A DNA stretch of 64,000 nt from the human T2T-CHM13v2.0 reference genome, Homo sapiens (GCF_009914755.1 NC_060929.1); one strand, 5' to 3'; positions 11,309 through 33,075 are shown, counted from the first letter of the stretch. A program made the numbers and translations. Notes: generated by a model not told the origin, from the letters alone.

Positions 11309-12613
11309 AGAATAATGTAGTTCCCAAAGAAGAGGGTCAATTTGAGTTCCTCTTTTATTCCTTTTTCTTGGCTGATTGCTCTGGCTACAACTTTTGGTAC
11401 TATGTTTAATGGGCATGGGGAAGGTGGGCATTCTTGTCTTGTTCTTAGAGGAAAGGCTTTCAACTTTTCCCCATTCAGTCTGATGTCAGCTGTGGGTTTT
11501 GTCATATATTGCCTTTATTATTTTAAGGTATGTTCTTTCTATGCCTAGTTTGCTGAGAGTTTTTGTCATGAAGGATGTTCAGTTTTATCAAATTCTTTTT
11601 CTGCATCTATAAAAATAATCATATAGTTTTTGTTCTTGGTTCTGTTAATGTGATGTATCAAATTTATTGATTTGCACAGGTTAAACCATTCTTGCATCCC
11701 TGGTATAAAACCCACTTAATCAGGGTGTTTTATCTTTTTGATGTGCTGTTGGATTTAGTTTGCCAGTATTTTGTTGAGGATTTTTGTGTCTATGTTCATC
11801 AGGCCTGTAGTTTTCTCTTTGCTGTTGTTGTTGTGTCCTTGTTTAGTTTTGGAATCAGGGTAATGTTAGCCGCAAAGAGTGAGTTAGGGAGGATTCCCTC
11901 CTCTTCAACTTTTTGAAATAGTATGAGGAAGACTGGTATTAGTTTTTCTTTATATGTTTGGTAGAATTTGGCACTGAATCCATCTGATCCTGGGCTTTTC
12001 TTTATTGGGAGACTTTTTATTATTGATTCAATCTCACTACTCATTATTGGTCTGTTCAGATTTTCTATTTCTTCCTCATTCAATCTTGGTAGGTTGTATG
12101 TTTCCAGGAGTTTACCCATTTCTCCAAGTTTTCTAGTTAGTATATAGTTATTCATAAAAGTCTCTGCTGATGTTTTCTAATTCTGTGGTATCAGTAGTAA
12201 CGTCTCCTTTTTCATTCCTGATTTTGTTTATTTGGGTCTCCTCTCTTCTTTCCTTGGTTAATCTAGCTAGTGGTTTATTAATTTTATCTTTTTGAACAAC
12301 GAACTTTTCATTTCATTGATACTTTGTATTTTTTTAGTCTCTATTTCATTTCTTTCTGCTCTGATCATTATTATTTTCTTCTGCTAATTTTGGGTTTTGT
12401 TTGTTCTTGCTTCTCTAATTCCTTAAAGTGCATCACTAAATTCTTTACTGGAAATCATTCTACTTTTTTTCTTACATAACATTAAATTTACATAAGCACA
12501 TACTACTTTTTTGATGTAGGCATTTATTGCTATAAAGTTCCCTCTAAGCACTGCTTTTATGATATTCCATACGTTTTGGTGTTTCGTATTTCAATTTTTA
12601 TTTATTTCAAGAA

Positions 12614-12958
<345 letters not shown>

Positions 12959-13580
12959 TGATCATTCAGCGGCATCTTGCTAAGTTTTCAAGTATTGCAT
13001 AGTTTCCAAACTTCCTCTTGGTATTGATTTCTAATTTTATTCCATTGTGGCCTGAGAAGATACTCGATATGATCTCAATTTTTTCAAGTTTGTTGAGACT
13101 TGTTTTGTGGCCTAACATAGGATCTATCCTGGAGAACGTCCCATGTGTAAATGAGAAGAACGTTAATATGTATTCTGCAGTTGTTGGCTAAAAGGTTCTG
13201 TATATGTCTGTGAGGTCCATTTGGTCTAAAGTCCAGTTTAAATCCAATGTTTATGTGTTGATTTTCTGTCTAGATGATCTGTTGAGTGCTGAGTGAGTGG
13301 GGTGTTGAAGTCTCCCCCATTACTATATTGGATTCTGTCTCTCTTTAGATCTAGCAATATTTGCTTTATACATCTGAGTGCAGCATTGTTGGGTGCATAT
13401 GTATTTAGTATTGTTACACGCTCTTCTAGATTGATCCTTTTATCATTATATAATGACCTTCTTTGTCCTTTTTTTTTTTTTTTTTTTTTTTACTGTTTTT
13501 GACTTAAAGTCTGTTTTATCTAAGTATAACTACTCCTGCTCAGTTATGGTTACTGTTTGCATGGAATATCTTTTTCTATT

Positions 13581-13935
13581 TGATATAGTTTGGCTCTGTG
13601 TCCCCACCCAAATCTCATCTTGTAGCTTCCATAATTCTCACATGTTATGGGAGGGACCCTCTGAGAGATAACTGAATCATGGGGGCAGGTCTTCCCCATG
13701 CCGTTCTTGTGATAGTGAATACGTCTCATGAGATCTGATGGTTTTGAAAATGAAAGTTTGCCTGCACAAGCTCTCTCTGCCTGCCACCACCCATGTAAGA
13801 CGTGACTTGCTCCTCCTCGCCTTCTGCATGATTGTGAGGCCTCCCCAGCCATGTGGAACTGTAAGTCCATTAAACCTTTTCTTCTTCCCAATCTCGGGTA
13901 TGTTTTTATCAGCAATGTGAAAATGGAGTAATTCA
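13581..13935 (+). mobile_element. THE1-type MaLR solo LTR
   Basis: tgatatagtttggctctgtgtccccacccaaatctcatc...; approximate TSD ctatt/ccatt. Confidence 0.88.
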
Positions 13936-15094
13936 CCATTCCTTTGAGTCTCTATTTTTCTTTACAGATAAAGTGCATTTCTTGTAGGCAGCATATAGTT
14001 GAATCATGTTTTTTTAATCATTCAGCCAGTCTATATCTTTTAAGTAGAGAATTTAATCCATTTACATTCAAGTTTATCATTGATATGTCATGCTTTGTTC
14101 CTGTTATATTCTTAATTGTTTTCTGATCTGTACACTCTTTGTTCCTTTCTTTTTCTCTTATTTGTCACCATGTTTTGGTGGTTTTCTGTAGTAGAATCAT
14201 TTGAGTCCTTTCTCCTCCTCCTTTGTGTGTTTGCTTTACTTGTGAGTTTTATAGTTTCATGTGTTTTCATGATAGTAACTATCATCATTTCACCACCAGT
14301 TGTAGGACTCCCTTGAGTTTAGTAGTAATGAATTTTCTCGGCATTTGATTGTCTGGGAAATACTTTATTTCTCCTTCATTGGTGAAGAACAAATTTGCTG
14401 TATATAGTATCCTCGGCTGGCAGATTTGTTCTTTCAGCACTTTGAATATATCATATCATTCTTTCCTGGCCTGTAAGGCTTCTGCTGAGAGAGTCTGCTG
14501 TTAGTCTAATGGGGTTTCCTTTATGACTAGATACTTTTCTCCTGCTGCTTTTAGAATTCTCTGTCTTTCACTTAGACAGTTTGACTACAATATGCCATGG
14601 AGAAGACATTTTTATGTTGTATCTGTCTGGGAAATCACTGAGCCTCCTGTATCTGGATGCCTAAATCTCTTGTTAGACTTGAGAATTTTTCATCTATTAT
14701 TTCATTAAATAGGTTTTCAAACCCTTTCATTTTCTCTTTGCCTTCAGGGATATCAACACTTTGAATATCTGGTCACTTGATAGTGTTCCATAGTTATGAA
14801 GGCATTGCTCATTCTTGTTAATTTTTTCTTTATTTTTGCCTAACTGGGTTATGTCAAAAGAACTGTCTTCAAGTTCTGAGATTCTTTCCTCTGTTTGATT
14901 TAGTCTATTGTTGAATCTTTTGAGTGTATTTTGTATTTCATTCAATGAAACCTTCATTTCCAGAATTTCTGTTTGGTTCTTTTTTCAATAATATCCATCT
15001 CTTTGGTAAATTTCTCATTTGTATCCTGAATTTTTTTTCTGATTTCTTTGTATTGTTTTTTGGAATTCTCTTGCATCTCACCAAGCTTCTTTAG

Positions 15095-15426
<332 letters not shown>

Positions 15427-17099
15427 TGAATTTCTTTTGTATTAGGATCTGTTGCTGGAGAATTATTGTGTACCTTTGCAGGTGTCATATTTCCTTGCTT
15501 TTTCAAGTTTCCTGTGTCCTTACATTGATATCTGTGCATCTGGTGTTACAGCTGCTTTTTCCAATTTTTTTGAATTTGCTTTCATCAGGGGCACATTTTT
15601 CTGAAGATGTGTGTATGTGCATATGTGTTGGTAGGCTAGAGCACATTTGCTCTGATTCTGGGCATATGCAGTATTACTGTCTTTGTATGATTTCTTTGGC
15701 TGTAAACAGCATCAGTGTTATCTGTGATTTCCTTGGTGGCTTAGCATGTGGTTGTTAGTGGAGGCTATGATGAAGTTTTGCTGGGGACTGGGATGCCAAG
15801 TAGACTGGTCTTCAGGCCTCAGTGGCAGCAGTGGTATGTTAAGCATGCCTGTCCTTGGTCCCCAAGGCAGCACAACCTGGCATTGGTGTTAGTGGATCCA
15901 GGTAGCCAATTCTTGGGCCTCTAGGTGTCTTGCTTGTGTGCCAGGTATGGCAGCAGTAGGCTGTGCAGGTGGGTGAATTCTAGAGTCCTTGTGGAGTGTG
16001 CATGGCATGGCCAATGGCAGTAGCAGTGGTAGGAAAATCCACTGGAACTCAGTCAACTGTGTTGGTGTTGGCATGGCTACAATGGGTTGGGCAGGCTGGT
16101 TTCCAGATCTGCAAGTGGCACATGCTGGTGAATGCCAGCTGTGGTGGTAGTGGCAGGTTGATTGAGCCTGATCTCAGACCCTGGGAAGAGTGCTCAGGTG
16201 CAACCAATGGTGTACCGGGCTGGGTGATCTTCAGACCCCTGGATAGTGTCCTTGGGTACTAGGGGAGGTAGAGCCAAGCTAGGTTGTGCCTTTAGGCCCC
16301 CTCATGGTGTGTAAAGATGCTGGCGGTGGCATGCAGGGGCAGAATGACCCTGTGGCCATTGGCAGAATGCTCAGGTGGAGGCAGCAGCAGCTGTGCTGTG
16401 GCCCTGCAACTGGGAAGAGTGGGGTTGCTTCCCCCGGGAACAGCCATAGGCAGGAAACTGAAAGGGACTGGCTTCATCTGAGCCTTGGCCTAGAGCAGGC
16501 AGTGGAATTTGTCTTTGGAGTGTGTGAGAATGCACAGTTGCCCCTCTGTGGGGGTGAGGGAATAGGATTGCTGTCTGTGGCTGCCTCTTCAGCCCCAGGA
16601 GGGAGGGAAGGTGAGAGAGCAAGGGAGAATTCATGGAACTGACAGTATGCATGGAAGCAGGAGAAGGACAAGTAATCATGAGGAAGTGAAGAAAAGAAAA
16701 TGTAGAAAGGATGGGGAAGTTTTTTTATTGCTTTTGGCTAAAGAAGTGAAATTCAGGCCAAGTTCAATTAGATCTCTAGGCCACAGAGAATTCTAGTTGC
16801 CTATTGAGTTAAATTTAGCTATCCTCTCTTCCTCCCCTCCTTCATTCCCATTAGTCCTCAACAATGATACAGTATATCTCATCTTAAAAGAAAAAGCTTC
16901 CTATAACCCTGCATATTCATCCAGTTACCATTATTTTTCTCTATTTCCCTTCAGAGTCAAGCTCTATAAATAACTGTTACTTCCTCACTTTCCATGGTCT
17001 TCAACCCATTCTAACCTGGTTTGCCTCTCTTTAGTCTGCCAAAATTTTTCCTACCAAAGTCACCAGTTTCCTTCATGATTCCAAATTCAACTGACTTTT

Positions 17100-19955
17100 T
17101 AAAAAAAATTAATGAATTTTATTTTTTAGGTCAGTTTTGGATTCACAGCAAACTTGAGCAGAAAATATAGACTTCTCATATATCCCCAGTCCCCATACAT
17201 GTAAAGCCTCTCCTGCTATCAACATCCTATACAATAGTGGTCTATTTATTATAATGAATGAACCTACACTGACACATCATTATCTCAAAAGTCCACAGTT
17301 TACCTTAGGGTTGGGTTCACTCTTGGTGTTGTATATTCTGTGGGTTTTGACAAATGTATAATGAGATGTACCCACCATTCTAATATCATACAAAGTAGTT
17401 TCCCAGTCTTAAAATTCCTCTGTAATCTGCCTATTCATCCATCCCTTCCTCCTAACCTCTGGCAACCACCAATCTTTTTATTGTCAACATAGTTTTGCTT
17501 TTCCAGAACATCATATGGTTGGAATCACACAGTATGTAGCCTTTTCAGTCACTTCTTTCACTTAGTAATATGAATTTAAGTTTCCTCCATGTCTTTTCAT
17601 TGCTGGATACCTAATTCCTTTTCAGTGCTAAATAATATTCCATTGTCTGGATATACCACAGTTTATTTATGCATTCACCTAATGAAGAACATTTTCGTTG
17701 CTTCCAAGTTTTGGAAATTATGAAAACAGTTGCTATAAACGTTCAGGTGCATACTTTGTGTGGATACAATTTTTCAATTCATTTGCATAAACACTAAGGA
17801 ATGTAATTGCTGGATCATATATGAGTATGTTTAGTTTTTAAAAATCATGAAACCATTTTCCAAAGTGACTGTATCATTTTGCATTCTCAGCAGCAAAGAA
17901 TGAGATTTCCTATTGCTTCACATCCTCCAGCATTTGGTGTTGTCAGTGTTTTGGATTTTGGCCATTCTAATAGGTGTGTAATAATAACTCGCTGTTGCTG
18001 TTTCTGGTTTTTTTGAAACAGAGTCTCACTCTGTTGCCCAGGCTGGAGAGCAGTGGCATGATCACAGTTCATTGCAGCCTTGACTTCCCAAATTCAGGTG
18101 ATCCTCCTACCTTCACTTCCAGAGTAGTTATGACTACAGGCCTGCAGCACCATGCCAGGCTAATATTTTTTAGTAGAGACAGGGTTTTGCCATGTTGCCC
18201 AGGCTAGTCTTGAACCCTGGGCTAAGGCAATCCACTTGCCTCAGTCCCCCAAAATGTTGGGATTACAGGCATAAGCCACAGCACCCAGCCACTCATTGTT
18301 GTTTTAATTTGCAATTCCAATTGCCTAATGACATATGATGTTGAACAACTTTTCATAAACTATTGCCTTTTGTATATCTTCTTTAGTGAGGTGTCTGTTC
18401 AGGTCTTTGGCCCATTTTTCACTGGGTTTTTCATTTTCTTATTCTTGAGGGTTTTTGTTTGGTTGGTTTTGTTGTTGTTGTTGTTTTTATTTTTTGAGAC
18501 AGGGTATCACTCTGTTGCCTAGGCAGCAGTGTGCAGAGGTGTGGTCAGGGCTCACTGCAGCCTTAACCTCCCAGGCTCATGCGATCCTCCCATCTCAGCC
18601 TCCCGACAGGGATTCTGTCTCTACAAAAAAAAAAAAAAAAATGTTGCCCAGGCTTGTCTCAAATTCATGGGCTCAAGTGATCTGCCTGCCTTGGCCTCCC
18701 AAAGTGCCAGGATTACAGGCATGAGCCACTGTGCCTGGCCCTTATTGTTGAATTTTAAGGCTTCTTTGTCTATGTTGGTTTACAATCTTTTATCAGATAT
18801 GTCTTTTGCAAATATTGTCTCCCAATCTGTGGCTTGTTATCTCATTATCTTGACATTGTCCTTCATACAGCAGAAGTTTTTTTATTTTAATGAAGTCCAG
18901 GTTATCAATTATTTCTTTTATAATTGTGCCTTTGGTATTGTATCTAAAAAGTCATCACCATACTCAAGGTCACCTAGATTTTATCCTATGTTATCTTCTA
19001 GAAGGTTTACAGTTTTGCATTTTACATTTAGGTCCATGACCCATTGTGATTAATTCTTGTGAAGAGTATAAGGTCTGTGTCTAGGTTCATGTTTTTGCAT
19101 TTGGGGGTCCAGTTATTCAAGCACCATTTGTAGAAAATACCAACTTTTCTCCATTATATTGCCTTTGCTCCTTTGTCAAAGATCAGTTGACTATATTTAT
19201 ATGGGTCTATTTCTGGGCTCTCTCTCTATTCTGTTCCATCGATCTGTTTGTTTATTCTTTTACCAAACCCATACTGTCTTGATTACTGCACCTTTACAGT
19301 AAGTCTTAAATACAGGCAGTATCAGTCCTTTGACTTTTTCTCCTTCAATATTGAGTTGGCTATTCTGTATCTTTTCCCTCTCCATATAAACTTTAGAACC
19401 AGTTTGTCTACCACATAGTTCCCCCAGCAGGTTAGGTTCTGAAAAATACTTTCTCCTGAGGCCAGGCCTTGTTACAAAAAACAAAAACAAAAACAAAAAA
19501 ACCCGAATATTCTCGCATTCTGTTTCACATAGTTCCTTTCTCTTCCCACTGCTAGAAGCATGAGAGGATTTTACTCTAACATTTACTATGAAGACCTGAT
19601 GGCAGAACTCCTGGAAGTAAAACTCACAAAAGTGGCAGGGGGACCACCTACGACTCTCAGATTTGTCCATATTCAGCCTCCAGCAATTCATCAACACTGT
19701 TTAGGTTTTCCTACCCTGGCAATGGTTCCCATGGAGGTTTCTGTTCATGGGTTTCTGTTTTGGTAAGTTGTGATTCTCTGTATCCTCCTGTCTGTCTCTT
19801 CAATATTTGGTGCAGCAGTTTTCTCTATGACCTTACTTCTCTGATGAACTCAAGAAAAACTGGTGACTTTTCAGTTTTTTCAGCACTTTACTTGTTGTTA
19901 GGACAAAGTGATGACTTCTAAGATTCTTACACTGCTGCACTGGAAACTGGAAGTC
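17100..19955 (-). mobile_element. L1MC-like element, internally deleted (probable 5' end plus ORF2 3' part and 3' UTR), containing two AluJ (about 18001-18290 and 18484-18740)
   Basis: L1MC-type 3' UTR at 17100-17900 and ORF2 remnant to about 19410. Flanked by caa[c/t]tgactttttaaa near 17088 and 19958, a candidate TSD. Confidence 0.6.
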
Positions 19956-19979
19956 CTACAATTGACTTTTAAATTCCTT

Positions 19980-20140
19980 CCTAACACAAAGAAACAATAA
20001 ACTCTTGAGATGATGGATATCCCATTTACCCTGATTTGATTATTATGCATTGTGTGCCTTTATCAAAACATCACATGTACCCCATAAAGACATACAGCTA
20101 TTAAGCACTCATAATAATTAATATTTTTAATGTAAATAAT
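19980..20140 (+). mobile_element. L1MA 3'-end fragment
   Basis: gatggatatcccatttaccctgatttgattattatgcattgt...catgtaccccataaa. Confidence 0.7.
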
Positions 20141-20919
20141 CAAAAATAACATAGACACACACACAAAAAAAGTCTTTATAATACTGGACCTTCAAGCAGC
20201 ATTCAACACTGTTGACCATTTCCCCTTTTCTGGGTGAAATGATTTCCTCTCTTGATTTCTATGATACTATGTTCTGTTTATTTTTCTCCTCTTCTCCACC
20301 ACTCTTCCTTTTGAACCTGACGATGGAGTTTTCCAGGGATTGACCTGGGCCCACTTCTCTTCCTTACTCTATAGATACTATTTCCTAGGACATTTCGCCC
20401 GTTTCCACGACTTAAAAAAAAATTATAATACAGTACATCTGTTCCCCTGACCTCCAGATTGATAGCCAATGGCCTTCTCAACATTTCCATCTTCATGCAT
20501 TCTCAGAACACCTGTCTTTCCTATCACACTAAATAGCATCTTTATCCACTAAAGATGCTCAAAACGGAAACCCAGAAGTCTTTCTTAACATTTCTTATTC
20601 CTTCATCATTTGTATCCTATCGATCAACTCTACAGGCAAAATTATCTTGAATACATGCCTATTTCTTGATCTCTCCTATCAAACACCCTAGTCAAAGCCA
20701 CCACTATAGGTCACCAAAAATCTTTGTAACTCCCTACTAATGGGTCTCCCTATTCACCCTCTTGCCCCTTTTCTATTTGCTCTCTAATTCCTTACAGTGA
20801 CAATCTCGTGTAGTAGAAAGAGTATAGGCTTTAGATTCGGAAAGACCTGCCACAACCTCCTCAAGAAACTGATGAAAATCTAAACCTCAGTTTTCTCAGC
20901 TATAAAATAGGTAAAAACA

Positions 20920-27123
<6,204 letters not shown>

Positions 27124-27270
27124 TAGGTAAAAACAAACAAACAGAAACTAACTACTAACCTGCCTGGAATACCATAAACAAAATATATAATTAATGAAAG
27201 CTACTCAAAAAGTAGCTCTTGCTATATACAAAATAAAGTCCAAATTTTTCCCTAAAGGCCTCCAGATTCC

Positions 27271-27560
27271 AGCTGGGCATGATGGCTCACACCTGTACCA
27301 ACACTTTGGGAGGTTGAAGCGGGTGGATCGCTTGAACCCAGGAGTTCAAGGCCAGCCTGAGCAACATGTTGAAACCCTGTCTCTACCAAAAATATGAAAA
27401 TTAGCCATTTGTGGCAGTGTGTGCCTGTAGTCCCAGCTACTAGGTAGGCTGAGGCAAGAGAATCATTTGAGTCTGAGGAGGTCAAGTTTACAGTGAGTGG
27501 TGAGAGAGCCACTGCACTCCAGCCTGGGTGACAGAGGAAGACCTTGTTTCAAAAAAAACA
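27271..27560 (+). mobile_element. AluJ
   Basis: Diverged dimeric Alu with A-tail. Confidence 0.85.
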
Positions 27561-27659
27561 AAAGAAAACAAAAAAAGACCCCGATGCCATGCCTAACGTA
27601 ATGATTCATAAGTAATCTTCAGCATTATTCAAAGGAAAGTTGGAAAAAATGTAAAGCAC

Positions 27660-28032
27660 ACTGGTCCCCGCACCCTGCCCCCCAGTCACCCATCCACAGT
27701 TTTGTCTACCACAGTTTCAGTTACCTGTGGTCAACCACAATCCAAAATATAAAATGGAAAGTTCTGGAAATAAACAATCTGTAAGTTTTAAATTGCACAC
27801 CATTCTGAGTAGCATGATGAAATCGTGTGCCATCCCCCTCAGTCCAGTCCACTCTAGGATCAATCATCCCTTTATCCAGCATATCCATGATAGACATACC
27901 ATCCGCTCATTAGTTACTCAGTAGCTGTTTCAGTTATCAGATCAAAAACATGTAGTATATATAGGGTTCAGTACTATCCACATCCACTGGGGGTCTTGGG
28001 ATGTATCCCTCACAGATGAGGGGGGACTACTA
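27660..28032. mobile_element. Tigger4/MER46 (Zombi)-like DNA transposon relic
   Basis: cagtttcagttacctgtggtcaacc...ttttaaattgcac...gatgaggggggactacta terminus. Confidence 0.6.
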
Positions 28033-28192
28033 TACATTTTCATTCTCTTTCATTAAACTTATATAGAGTATATACTCATTTATAAGCTGCATAGCTTTTC
28101 CATAAATTGAATAATCTATTTGATAAACTCCCAAAATGCTTTTAATTATTGACTTAAATAGCTGAAAAGGAATTCCTATAAAAGTATTGGTT

Positions 28193-28490
<298 letters not shown>

Positions 28491-28494
28491 TTAA

Positions 28495-28798
28495 GGCTGG
28501 GTACAGTGGCTCATGCCTGTAATTCCAGGACTTTGGGAGGCTGAGATGGTAGGATCGCTTGAGGCCATGAGTTTGAGATGAGCCTGGACAACTAGTGATA
28601 CCCCATCTTTACAAAAAAAATTTAAAAATTAGCTTGGCGTGGTAGTGCATGCATGCCTGTAGTTCCAGTTACTCAGGGGGTTGAAACAGGAGAACAGCTT
28701 GAGCCCAGAAGTTCAAGGCTGTAGTGAGCTATGATCACAGCACTGAACTCTAACCTGGGTGACAGAATGAGACCCCATTTCTTAAAAAAAAAAAAAAA
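28495..28798 (+). mobile_element. AluJ
   Basis: Diverged dimer with A-tail, about 85 bp from the GC donor. Confidence 0.85.
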
Positions 28799-28883
28799 GT
28801 AAATTTAAACTGTTAGTTAAAAGTATATTCTTTATTAATGAAATGTATTATGATTTATGTAGTTATTCTGCTTCAATACTTGC

Positions 28884-28954
28884 TTTTTTCTTTGTTTTTT
28901 CAGGGGTTGAAGGGCAAGTTTTCTCAGCAAGTAAAATCTCACAAGCTGCATTAT
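28884..28954 (-). CDS. MEIKIN: MEIKIN coding exon (71 nt): (D)NAACEILLAEKTCPSTPEKTKKK, GC donor
   Basis: tttatttatag|AT AAT GCA...AAG AAA AAA|gcaagt. 1+71 nt = 24 codons ending in phase 0, matching the phase-0 next exon. Contains an S-T-P motif. Confidence 0.9.
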
Positions 28955-29827
28955 CTATAAATAAAAACATAGTTCAGTATTCTACTTATTTCAACTGTCA
29001 TTAACTATGAGTCCAAAGGACAAGAGAATTCAAATTTGACAAAACAAAATAATATTTGTAAAACCCCTGATTTTAATGACTGCACCTTTGTCAATAATTA
29101 AACAAGAAAAATTAATGTATGTTGAATAATAAAAACATCCTTATCTTAAGAGCTCCAGGTTTCACAGAAGCAAATAAAAAATATGTAAAATATTTTCTTT
29201 TCAGTTAGTAGGGAAAGTCGCATGTGATTATACTTCTTCATTCATTATCCTACCATTTCCACTCTCCACATTTTCAAGCTCTTTTTCTACTACAATTTTT
29301 TCTTTTTTCTTTTTTTAAATTTCAATAGCTTTAGGGGTACAAGTGGTTTTTGGTTATATGGAAAAATTGTACAGTGGCGAAGCCTCGGCTTTTAGTGTAC
29401 CTGTTTACTGCAACTTTTCTATCAGCATTTTAAACATTCTCAAGCCTGTTTCATCAAAAACTTTCCTTGTACCTCATATCCACCTCCTGCTATAGCCCCT
29501 GTATCTCCTCTTGCCCACAGGCAAATTTCTTAAAAGATCTGTCCACATATACCAACTTTATTTCCTCTCCTCCTATTTACTTCCAAATCCAAAGTATCCA
29601 GTTGCACTTCCACCAATATCAGCAGAAACCTTTCCTGTCCTACCTCACTGGACCTTACTACAACAGGCTGGAACATTTCTAACCTGGCTCCTTTTTATGT
29701 CTCTTCTTCAGTCTTGAGTCTTCCCTTTTCCTCTCTCTGGACTCAATCCAAGCAACAAGTATTTATTGAGTGTCTGCTATGTGCCAATTTTGCCTATCAT
29801 ATGCATTTAAAATTGCATATTCAGCTT

Positions 29828-30478
<651 letters not shown>

Positions 30479-30714
30479 TGAATTAAGGCACCAAAAGATT
30501 TTTCTTTAGGTTTCAATAGCATTTCAATTCACCTCCCTCTGCAGTCCATTATCCTTGTATACTTAAAATGCAAATAGTGTTTGCTTAAAACTCTTCAAAG
30601 GCTTTCTACTGCCCCCAAGTTAAACTCAAGCTCCTTAATTTACCATTACAAAGTCCTTCTTTTTATGACCTGTGTATTTCTTATGTATTCCTCAGCCTCA
30701 CTACAGAGGCTAAT

Positions 30715-30915
30715 AGGGTTGCCAGATAAAATACACTATGCCCAGTTAAATGTGAATTTCAAATAAACACTGAATAATATTTTAGTATATCACATTTAAT
30801 AGCACAAGCATGAGCAATATTTAGGACATACTTATCTTAAAAATTATTTGCTGTTTATTAGAATTCAAATTTAACTGGGTATTCTGTAACTTTATTTGCT
30901 AAATCTGTTAATCCT
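30715..30915. mobile_element. MER53-like palindromic hAT MITE
   Basis: agggttgccagataaaatac...cccagttaaatgtgaatt / aattcaaatttaactggg...gctaaatctg; internal palindrome; flanks gaggctaat/gagactaat. Confidence 0.7.
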
Positions 30916-31849
30916 AGAGACTAATCACTCCTGCCATATGGGTCTTTGAGGGTAAGAAGCAACAGGTGGGTTTGAGAGCTCTGTAGGAGATAAAACTAAT
31001 ACCAAGATTTGGAAATAGATTAGATATTAGCCTGAAAAATGACAAAAAAGAAAGTGTTAAGGATAACCTTCAGGTTTCTGGTTTGCTAAACCACATCTGT
31101 TAACCAACATGGAGGATAATAGTGTAGGACCAGGTTAGGTCTTGGCTGTGACAATTCTTAGTCCTCAATCCTCATTTGATTTCATAATCTTGATAACTTT
31201 TGTCATAGCTGGTATCATTCCTTCCTTAAAACACTCTCCTCTCCTGGCTTCATCATTCTTTCCTGGTTTTCCTACTACAGCACAAGCCACTAGGTCTCAG
31301 GGTTTTTTTGCCGGATATTTCTCCCTTTCCCTACCTCTAAATGTTGGAGTGTCCCATTTCCATTCACTGTGTATGTTTTTTAAAAATTATTTTTACCTCC
31401 TACATGATTTCATTAAATCCTATGGCTTCAAAACATCTCTTTGCTGACTCCAAATACGTATCCATAGCCCCAGCCTCTGGTCTGGAGTTCTCCAGACTCC
31501 TGCATCATAAACTGCCTTCATGACATCTCCACTTGAAAGCTAATAAGCCTTTCAGTTTTTAAAGATTTTATTGAAGTATACCATATATATAATAACAGTC
31601 ACAATCTTGGTATATATGTATTCATCCATGTATCTACCACCCAGATCAAGATACAAAATATTTCCAGCACCTGGGAAGTTTTCTATGTGTTCTTTCCTCG
31701 TTGGCACCCTTTCTCCAAAGACTACCACTGTTTCGACATGTCACCCAGAAGAGTCTTGCCTGTTCTTGAACTTTATATATATGAAATTATATAGTATATA
31801 CATGTGTGTTCTTTCACAAAACTTAATGTGTATGGGCTGACAGATCAAA

Positions 31850-33075
31850 TTTGATATGTCCAAAAAAATTATCTTAACCATTCTCCCAACTTGGTCTGCC
31901 CTATAGTGCTCCCATCTCAATAAATGGTACCATCATTCATCCAATTTCTCAAGAATTTAATATTCATCCTTGACTTCTATTTTTTTCTCTTACCTAATAT
32001 CCAGCCTAATCACAAATTCCTGGTATATCTGCCTGTAAAATATATTCCAAATCAGACCACTGCTACCATCATGGTTTAAAACACTATTATCTGATCACTG
32101 TAATAGTTTAATAAGGTCTCCTTGCTTCTACTCTCGCCCTCTTAATCTATTCTCCACATAACAGCCAAAATGATAATTCTAAAATATATAATCTGAGTCT
32201 CTGGAACTTAGAAAAGTACCACCTCTTAGAACCTTAGGACCACAGATGCACTGGACCCAGACACATAGAACTCAAGGGCTCTTGGAAGCTTGGAATTTCT
32301 CCAGTTTACAGCTTGCTCCTCTGGAGTGATGGACAAAGCAGAAAGAATAGGTGAAACACAGTAGTTTCTCAGATTTATATTTAGATTATTTTCCATCTTA
32401 CTACAACATATATGAATATCCTAAAATGGTAATGTCAGGTGTTGTAGCTACCGACCTATGGGGCTATTTAAATTCATTTAAAATGAAATAAAATGTAAAA
32501 TAAAAAAATATATATCTGATCATGTCATCCCTCTGCTCTAAGATGATCTAAGATGTATTTCTCAGTACATTTAGAATAAAATCCATAGTCCTTACAATAG
32601 TATACAAGGCTCCACTTTACACAACCTGGTTAGCTCTCTGACCACAATTTCAACCATTCATCTTCCTGCTCACTGTGCTCCAGCCACACTGACCTCTTTC
32701 CTCTCCCTCAAACATGCCAAGCACATTCCCATCTCATGGTTTTTTCACTTATTGTTCCCATTGCCTGGCATGCTCTGCCCCCCAGGTTTCCACAAGGCTG
32801 ACTCTCTAATTTTATTCAGGCTCTCACCTCCTCAGAGAGGCCTATCCTGATTGCTCTATCTAAAATAGCATGCCTAGTTACACCTCTTTACCCTACCTTA
32901 TATTCCTTAGTTACTGTTATTTCTATTTGACGTTATATATTTATTTATCTGTTTATTATCTTTTTTTCCACTATGTAACATTTGTTCTATTAGGGCAAGG
33001 ATACTGTCATGTTTCCCGGTAACTAAAACAGTTTATGCCATACTTAGGTGCTTAATAAATATTTGCTGAATGAAC
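31850..33075 (+). mobile_element. L2 3' region, interrupted at 32197-32504
   Basis: cccatctcaataaatggtaccatcattcatcc, tctgatcatgtca, ctccagccacactg, gtgcttaataaatatttgctgaatgaa terminus. Confidence 0.7.
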
